Source: Selaginella moellendorffii
Taxonomy: Eukaryota; Plantae; Lycopodiophyta
Length of the DNA stretch: 6,131 nucleotides
NCBI RefSeq assembly: GCF_000143415.4
Contig: NW_003314709.1
Location: 1-6,131 of the forward strand
Reading direction: 5' to 3'
Part shown: one piece after another, positions 1 to 6,131 of the stretch
How positions within the stretch are numbered: position 1 is the stretch's first letter
Layout of the letters: every line of letters begins with the position of its first letter
Translations under genes and position numbers: made by a program
The notes under the pieces: model-generated
The model's input: only the letters and a program-made list of their open reading frames with translations
Told to the model about the DNA's origin: nothing
Databases searched by the model: none

Positions 1-5
1 AAAAG

Positions 6-60
<55 letters not shown>
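1..60. repeat. Poly(A) tract (59 A plus one G), open at the window edge
   Basis: Read directly from the sequence. Its origin (retroposon tail, homopolymer microsatellite or read artefact) cannot be determined from this window. Confidence 0.95.
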
Positions 61-62
<2 letters not shown>

Positions 63-197
63 ACGCCGCGAAACCAGGGGAAACTACCGGGACCTTAATA
101 TACTTACAATGTCAATGTAAGGTGTGTTTGTCAAATTGTGTCATTAGTTAGTTATTAACTAGGATATAAGTCACAAAGAATGTGTTGTGACTGTCAC

Positions 198-475
198 CAC
201 GTGGCATGGCAAGCAAGTCCAAACATATGTATTTCACATGGCATACAAGGATGCTAAACTCTAACTATGAGAACAAGCCAAAGGGCATGCCACGTGTCAA
301 TGTGACACACATTGAAAACCATAAAACTCACCAAAGCACATGCCACGTGTCAATGTGGCACACATTGAAAACCATAAAACTCTGAGCACAAACCAAAGTG
401 CATGCCATGTGTCAATGTGGCACACATTGAAAACCATAAAACTCTATGAGATCAAACCAAAGGCCATGCCACGTG
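198..475. promoter_or_regulatory. Cluster of G-box/ABRE-like motifs
   Basis: CACGTG occurs at 198-203 (CACGTGGC) and at 291-296, 344-349 and 470-475 (each GCCACGTGTC), with a decayed CATGTG copy in the unit at 401. These match plant bZIP/bHLH G-box/ABRE consensus; function is not shown. Confidence 0.45.
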
Positions 476-490
476 TCAAAATAAAACTCG
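256..490. repeat. Tandem repeat, 3 full units plus 1 internally deleted unit, period 53-64 bp
   Basis: The core CATGCCA(C/T)GTGTCAATGTG(A/G)CACACATTGAAAACCATAAAACTC starts at 286, 339 and 401. A copy at 465 lacks the middle portion. Linkers share CCAAAG. Confidence 0.92.
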
Positions 491-862
491 GATATATCCA
501 GGGCCAGACACATCTGGGGCCCGGCATATCGGGTGCCCGACATGTACGGGGCCCGACATATCGGGTGCCCGACATGTCCGGGGCCCGATATGTCTAGGGC
601 CGGATATATCGGGTGCCCGACATTTCCGGGGCCGGACATATCGGGGCCCGGACATGTCCGGGGCCGGACATATCGGGTGCCCGACATGTCCGGGGCCGGA
701 TATGTCCGGGGGCCCGACATATCGGGTGCCCGACATGTTCGGGGCCGGAGATATCGGGGCCCGGACATGTCCGGGGCCCGATATATCTGGGGCCCGACAT
801 CTCTGGGGCCCAACATATCGGGTGCCCGACATATCCGGGGCCCGACATGTCCGGGGCCGGAT
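491..862. repeat. 16-bp quasi-palindromic minisatellite, 23 units plus a 3-nt partial unit
   Basis: Units GACATGTCCGGGGCC(C/G) and GACATATCGGGTGCCC are in register from 491 to 859, with one 17-bp unit at 699-715. The last unit is cut after GAT (860-862) by the LTR terminus. Confidence 0.95.
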
Positions 863-1785
863 TGTAAGGGACTAAATTTTCCATTTTACTTTAGTCACTT
901 AACCACATGTCTGACCACTTGGAGGAGTCTCATTCACAACCTCCATAAGTCCAACTCAGGACTTGGGGCTTGCTAGCCCCGAGAATGGCATCCATGCCAC
1001 TCAACCTTAGCACTTGGTCCAAGTGCTCCACGTGTCCGATCCCATGATCGACACCCCAAGGTATCACCGATGTACCGGCCCGTTACGCTAAGGCCATGCC
1101 CATTTACCTTGGTCACACTGGTGGTCCAACACCACTTGCATCTCCGTCTTGGCCCTCCAAGACTAGGCAAACCATCCCTGAGTGGTCATCTCAGATCCAC
1201 TCCTTAGCATCCTTAGGATGCCCACCGACAAGGGGAATAGCCTTCCCCAATATCCCTCTGTCAGTCCCCACTAAGTCCCTTTCTGCCCCTGGCCGTGTTT
1301 GCCAACACTGCCACTGGATCGAGACCCACAGGCCTGACCACTAAGTCCTACGGTCCTCTGGGACTTCCTCACCACACGACTGTGTCCTTGGTCACTACCC
1401 CAGAGGACTGCTCCTCTTCCTTTCCACAGTCTGGGCCTTTGGGACAACATTTCGGAACACCGTGGCCTTACGCGAGCCACCTGGGTACTCTCCCCACCTA
1501 TCGCCTTTAGGTGCTCTAGCCATGGGCTTAGAGCGAGGTTCGGTTGAGCCACGCCTGGTATCCAAGTAGGTAGTGCCACCCACACTTGGACTGGGAGCAT
1601 CGGCCAGTCGATCTCCCGGAGGAACTAGAGCCGGCTCTTGAACACTTCACCAAGCTACCCCGCTTGTCGGTCTGTGTTCACTCTAGTCTTGGACTTCCCA
1701 GTGGGTAGCTCATCACCCAACACTGGGTCTGGCCTTCCTAGGCCAAACTGGCCTTTCCTGGCCAAACTGGCTCCACTGCAGTCCT

Positions 1786-1797
1786 CCCCCTACTATA
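1786..1797 (-). promoter_or_regulatory. Degenerate TATA-like motif of the LTR (TATAGTAGGGGG)
   Basis: Resembles the TATAAATAGGGG-type motif common in plant LTRs. It lies ~70 bp downstream (minus strand) of the tandem arrays, which would place them in U3. The match is imperfect. Confidence 0.35.
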
Positions 1798-1866
1798 CTT
1801 TTGGGGCTCACCAAACCCCCCAGGGTCTGGGAGACGAACGCTTTGGGCTTTCACCCTCTCAGGCTC

Positions 1867-2040
1867 CGGACTCGGACTCGGACTCGGACTCGGACTCGGA
1901 CTCGGACTCGGATTCGGGCTCGGACTCGGGCTCGGGCTCGGGCTCGGTCTCGGCCTCGGCCTCGGTCTCGGTCTCGGTCCCGATCTCGGTCTCGGTCTCG
2001 GTCTCGGTCCCGGTCTCGGTCCCGGTCTCAGTCTCGACTT
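1867..2040. repeat. Hexamer microsatellite (CGGNCT)n, 29 units, inside the LTR
   Basis: In-register units: CGGACT x7 (1867-1908), then mostly CGGGCT, then mostly CGGTCT/CGGCCT/CGGTCC to 2040. Confidence 0.97.
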
Positions 2041-2483
2041 CGGACTCCATCTCGGACTCCATCTCGGACTCCATCTCGGGTCCATCTCGGACTCCATCTC
2101 GGACTGCATTTCGGGTCCATCTCGGACTCCATTTCGGGTCCATCTCAGGTCCACCTCGGACTCCACCTCGGACTCCATCTCGGACTCCATCTCGGGTCCA
2201 TCTCGGACTCCACTTCGGACTCCAACTCGGGTCCATCTCGGGTCCACCTCGGACTCCATCTCGGACTCCATCTCGGACTCCATCTCGGGTCCATCTCGGA
2301 CTCCACTTCGGACTCCAACTCGGGTCCATCTCAGGTCCACCTTGGACTCCATCTCGGACTCCATCTCGGACTCCATCTCGGGTCCATCTCGGACTCCACT
2401 TCGGACTCCAACTCGGACTCCATCTCGGGTCCATCTCGGACTCCATCTCGGACTCCATTTCGGACTCCAACTAGAGTCCATCT
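2041..2483. repeat. 11/12-bp minisatellite (38 monomers) containing three 93-bp higher-order repeats
   Basis: Monomers are CGGACTCCATCT (12 bp) and CGGGTCCATCT (11 bp) and their variants. An 8-monomer block (5x12 + 3x11 = 93 bp) repeats at 2135-2227, 2228-2320 and 2321-2413. Confidence 0.95.
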
Positions 2484-2720
2484 TGGACACTCCCACGTGT
2501 CATGTGTTGGTCCTTTTGGGTCCCTTTTTGGAGCCTCACCTTTTGCTCGCTTCGTGCTCGTTCCTCGAGCACTTCGTTGGGAGTTCCACTCCCGCTCTTG
2601 ACTTTTCAAGTCGGAGCTTTTGGTCCAAACGTGTTACGCTCGTTTGGCTCTCGCTTCGGCCACTACCATGTGGCGCCCTTCCGGCTCCACTTTGGGGCCT
2701 AGGGATTTTGTGTCTCACAA

Positions 2721-2731
2721 CTCCACCACCC
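2721..2731 (-). other. Polypurine tract (GGGTGGTGGAG) immediately 5' of the LTR
   Basis: The minus strand reads ...ATGAGGACATCGAACTTCGTCTATGGGTGGTGGAG-T-TGTGAG. This G-rich tract sits 1 nt before the LTR TG and is absent before the copy at 5818. Confidence 0.75.
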
Positions 2732-2764
2732 ATAGACGAAGTTCGATGTCCTCATCGAACGGTA

Positions 2765-2864
2765 NNNNNNNNNNNNNNNNNNNNNNNNNNNNNNNNNNNN
2801 NNNNNNNNNNNNNNNNNNNNNNNNNNNNNNNNNNNNNNNNNNNNNNNNNNNNNNNNNNNNNNNN
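2765..2864. other. Assembly gap (100 N)
   Basis: Exactly 100 Ns, the usual placeholder for a gap of unknown size. Contiguity and orientation across it are not guaranteed. Confidence 0.98.
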
Positions 2865-5817
2865 CATGCCTTGTCCATCCTTTAAGGAGCGTAGTCTCTC
2901 CAACTTAGAGACTGATTGGACCACATGTAATGGTTCTCTCCTTTTATTGGTTTAGTTTTCGCTAAACCTCTTAGAGACCCTTCTCTAAGTCAATCCCACT
3001 ACTCCTTCTCGAGTAGTCTCAATTTCCATCGATATAACCTTTGCACTTTGGAACTTTGAATTTTGACTTCTTGGAGTCAATTTCCTAGGTGTCTCCAACA
3101 CCTTGCATTGCACAGTTTGTGCGACTCCACTTCCCTATCCTAGGAAGTTCATTACTTGAGGGCACCATCATCCTCTCTTCTATTTCGTGCCACCTTGGGC
3201 ACTAAGTTCCATTTATCACACTTTGTGCTAGGGTTGTCCATCGCCCTATCATTTGGCTACCTTACCGCTCCCTCCCTTGGAGCTTCCACTTTCGCCAAAT
3301 CGGAGCAATTCGGAATCCCTCCTTGGAAACACACTTCCTTTCCCGCAACTTGTTAGCGTCCAACACATTAGTGTTCCTCGCCTAACTTTGTCACTTGGAT
3401 TCCTTCCAAGGGATTCCACGGCCCTATCTTGGCCACTCATCTTTTGCTCCTATCCGTTGATTGTTGCACCAAGCAACATCAAATCTCTACCTCCCTCCTT
3501 GAGGTATTGTTTCGGTTCCATAGCAAAGACTCTTCTTTACCAAGTCCGGAGGATGTTCACCCCTAGTACGTCTCTTTAGCATCTTCTGCTATGGGCTCTA
3601 TCCACGGCCCAACTTCGTGACCCTCCCATGGGTCTTTTATAAAGATTACTTTCCTCGGACTCACTATGCCATCGCACGGACATAGTTTATTTCCCTTAGG
3701 TGCTCTTCCCACTTGGTTATCACGACCAAGCCACACCACCTTAAACAGTTCAATTTCAACATTTTGAACCAGGAACTTCATTCCTTAGCCAACCAAGGAC
3801 CTTGTCCCTTTCTGGCCATAAGATCACCTAGTGATCTCACCTTGGCACCTTAACAGAGTTGCCAAGAGGTACTTGGTTTTCTAGACCTCCAAGTTGTTGA
3901 CTATAACCCCGGGGGCATCCCCCACACTTGGCGGTGCACCCAAGCTAGCCCTTACGGCCAAGGGTTCATAGCAACTGAGATTAGGTGTCCCCATCTCACT
4001 CACCACGACCTTGGTGCCACTTGCACCAAAGTGTTCAAGTTAGATATGCTGAGCTTTCACACTAAGCAATCTAACCGTGCATCACGACTCCGAGGCATCC
4101 CTCGCTTGGCGGTGTGCCCAAACCAGTCTCCCCACTGAGAGTCCATGACCACCGAAATATGAGTGTCCTCATATTCCAAACCATCACCACGCCCTAGTGA
4201 TTTGGGACTCGAACCCAAGCACTAGAGGGTCGGGACTCGAACCCAACCTCCGTATATGCATCTACGGACGGCATCACACAAGATGCCTGGCGTGACTCCC
4301 CACGCCGGTGCACCAACCTATTTTTAAAGCGCGCTACAGATCACAGCTTAGGAACCTAGTTCCTCCACACTGCCAAGTCCTCTCACTTGACATGTCTGTG
4401 ATCATGCATGGACTCCTCCATGCTCGGCCCCCTGGCCCACCCTTTTTGAAGATATAACCTTCAACTAGGGTCTTTGTTCCCCTGACGTGCCAATCTCACT
4501 TGGCAAGTCCTCCGACCTTTGTAACATGGTTCCTGCATAAGCGTGAAAGTCCTTGACCATCGACTTTCGTTCAAAGCCCTCTCTTTGAACACTCGGGAAC
4601 TACTTCCCTCACCTTGATAACCTTGCCTCATGGCAAGCTTCAAGACCACGCTCCTGCTGCGCCACTCTGATTTCGCGCGTTCCATGAACCATTTACACTT
4701 GGCCTTTTTAGGTACTACGCTACCTAAAATCGTCTTTGGGAACCTTGAAGGAACTCTGTCCCTCAGCTTGCTAAGGCCTCCCCTTTCGCAAGCTTTATAG
4801 TTGCCATATAGTCTAACATGGACAATTCCATATTTTAGACTCTCTATGGCATCACGGTTGCTAGCAACAACATCCTCGAGCACCCTCTTGATTCTCCACT
4901 CCCAACTTTCATAACCACTGTTGGATATGCCCTTTGATTTCTATGGTTCGGTTCCATCCCAACATTACTTGCCTTTGGCTTCACACCTTTCCTTCGGTCA
5001 TTCTCCTCCAGACCAGGAGGATAGCTTTGCACTTTCTATCATGCCTTAGCAAGTATTCTTAGGGATGAACCTACCCAATAGCCCAGGGAGTGGTTCCTCA
5101 ATCCGGGTATGCTCAGCTTATAATCCCACACACTAGGGTTACATTGTTGCTTATGGGCCTTTACATGCCCATCACTAGCCTTGCCAAAATTCCATTTTTG
5201 GCTTTGTCCAACTTGGGTAGACAGTCCTCTCCTATCTCCGCAACCTTGGACATTTGGATAGCACCTTCTATCCATCATTCGCTAGGGACTTAGTCCCTTG
5301 GGCTTTATCCATTGCCCTCGCGACATCAAACACCACCTTCTGGTGTTCTAGAGTGTTCGGGTGTCCCAATGATGGCTTTCTTGACAATGAGTATTTCCTT
5401 TTATGACATTGACTTACTATATCGCAACATAAGCAACTTATCCCCCATAAGGGTATATCCGACTTCCCTATACTAGAAGTCTTGGGTAGCTACCTTCTAC
5501 CCGTTTAACCAGTTATTTTGCACCTCTTGCTTAGTTGCCTCATAGTTGTCAAGTCCTACAAATCATTGCTTGGTGCTTTCACACCTCCATCACTATCTGG
5601 GTCACCACACTCCAACTGCATGCTCTGCAGCTTAGGCTATGCCATTCCCATTTCCATTGGGATTCCTTTGGCAAGGGGTTCTCATGAACCCACCAACATA
5701 GCCTCAAGGTATCACACCTTGGCACATTTGGTGTCTCCACACCATCGGCTCCACGAGCCTACCTCTATGACATTTCCCTTCGTGTCTAAGTCTTTGCCAA
5801 GACCAACACCGCTCTTT
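2865..5817 (-). mobile_element. Probable internal region of a degenerate or non-autonomous LTR retrotransposon (no intact gag/pol)
   Basis: Lies upstream (minus strand) of the PPT/3' LTR across the gap. The minus strand is visibly purine-rich, like retroelement sense strands. The longest ORF is 140 aa, and no intact RT YxDD, protease DTG/DSG or integrase motif was recognised. Linkage to the 863-2719 LTR is inferred across the gap. Confidence 0.55.
3780..4505 (-). other. Structured RNA domain (cis-element candidate) within the internal region
   Basis: Near-continuous stems, a duplicated fold with compensatory changes (3896-3998 vs 4077-4175), and several plus-strand C-A mismatches that are G-U pairs on the minus strand. 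Confidence 0.6.
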
Positions 5818-6063
5818 TGTGAGATACAAAATCCCTAGGCCCCAAAGTGGAGCCAGAAGGGCGCCACATGGTAGTGGCCGAAGCGACAGCCAAACGAGCG
5901 TAACACGTTTGGACCAAAAGCTCCGACTTGAAAAGTCAAGAGCGGGAGTGGACTCCCAACAAAGTGCCCGAGGAACGAGCACGAAGCAAGCAAAAGGCGA
6001 GGCTCCAAAAAGGGACCCAAAAGGACCAACACATGACACGTGGGAGTGTCCGAGATGAATCCG
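5818..6063 (+). mobile_element. 5' (U3) end of a second LTR of the same family, opposite orientation
   Basis: 5818-6057 is the reverse complement of 2479-2719 with 8 substitutions and 1 indel by manual alignment (~96%). It starts TGTGAGAT, with no PPT upstream (preceded by GCTCTTT). Similarity fades after one minisatellite-like unit at ~6063. Confidence 0.9.
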
Positions 6064-6131
6064 CTTGCCAGTCTCAGCGAGCGGGATAGCTGCACTGCCG
6101 TCTTCGCCCAACTTGCCGGATGGTTTTTTTT

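Larger units (their letters stand above)
61..862. mobile_element. Host repeat segment, possibly the terminal part of an unrelated LTR into which the 863-2719 element inserted
   Basis: Begins abruptly with TGACG right after the poly(A), resembling TG/TGATG-type LTR termini. It carries G-box repeats and a palindromic GC-rich minisatellite, as plant LTRs often do. No second terminus, PBS or PPT is visible, so this call is inference. Confidence 0.3.
863..2719 (-). mobile_element. 3' LTR (~1857 bp) of a Ty3/gypsy-type (chromovirus-like) LTR retrotransposon
   Basis: On the minus strand it starts TGTGAGAC at 2719, one base after a PPT. This boundary is independently confirmed because homology to the second copy begins at the TG at 5818. 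It ends ...GTCCCTTACA at 863, where the 16-bp array stops. The terminal inverted repeat is TGTGAG versus TGTAAG (5/6). The 863 boundary is less certain than 2719. Confidence 0.8.

Noticed and set aside
256-490. CRISPR-like appearance (hairpin-containing repeats with variable linkers)
   Set aside because: The linkers are short and homologous to each other rather than unique spacers, there are no cas genes, and the context is eukaryotic transposon DNA.
340-976. Cluster of overlapping ORFs with GPDMSG/CPTCPG repeats
   Set aside because: Artefact of the stop-poor palindromic 16-bp array; both strands give the same peptides.
1638-2609. Long ORFs (e.g. 278, 266, 252, 203 aa) with SD/RS/RT/SP/ES dipeptide runs resembling SR or surface proteins
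   Set aside because: They are open in several frames on both strands only because the 6/12/93-bp repeats lack stop codons, and they lie inside an LTR.
4194-4320. tRNA gene or tRNA-derived SINE
   Set aside because: Only T-loop hairpins are present. No D-arm/A-box, anticodon arm, acceptor stem in tRNA geometry, tail or TSD could be built.
4339-4403. Hammerhead ribozyme / retrozyme
   Set aside because: A three-way junction is present, but no CUGANGA and GAAA core was found by eye here or in the LTR.
4461-4883. 140-aa minus-strand ORF as a gag/pol fragment or gene
   Set aside because: It has a non-ATG start and no recognisable domain motif, so it cannot be supported without an HMM hit.
2479-6057. 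TIR DNA transposon or DIRS-type element defined by the 240-bp inverted repeats
   Set aside because: The sharp TG boundaries face inward, one copy has a PPT, and no transposase or tyrosine recombinase is evident. LTR nesting explains it better.
6115-6121. GCCGGAT identical to 856-862, as a possible TSD closing the 863 element
   Set aside because: It is not preceded by an LTR terminus (...TCTCACA) and the 16-bp array does not resume. It is likely a chance 7-mer.

Overview
Eukaryotic, most likely plant, nested-retrotransposon DNA with no supportable protein-coding gene. The window opens with a poly(A) run (1-60). Next is a host repeat segment (61-862) carrying 53-64-bp G-box/hairpin repeats and a self-complementary 16-bp minisatellite. 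That array is cut mid-unit by a ~1.86-kb LTR on the minus strand (863-2719, TGTGAG...CTTACA). On that strand the LTR is preceded by a polypurine tract and an AGGA-loop hairpin, so it is the 3' LTR of a Ty3/gypsy (chromovirus-like) element. Its inferred U3 holds a hierarchical satellite (6 bp, then 11/12 bp, then a 93-bp higher-order repeat). After a 100-N gap, ~2.95 kb of probable internal sequence has no intact gag/pol and is interrupted at 5818 by the 5' end of a second, ~96% identical LTR in the opposite orientation. The most unusual signal is a dense structured-RNA domain at ~3780-4505. It contains two diverged copies of a four-way-junction fold with compensatory base changes and minus-strand G-U pairs, two tandem tRNA T-loop/B-box hairpins, a three-way junction and palindromic hexamers. 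All alignments and folds were done by eye; family assignments are inference.
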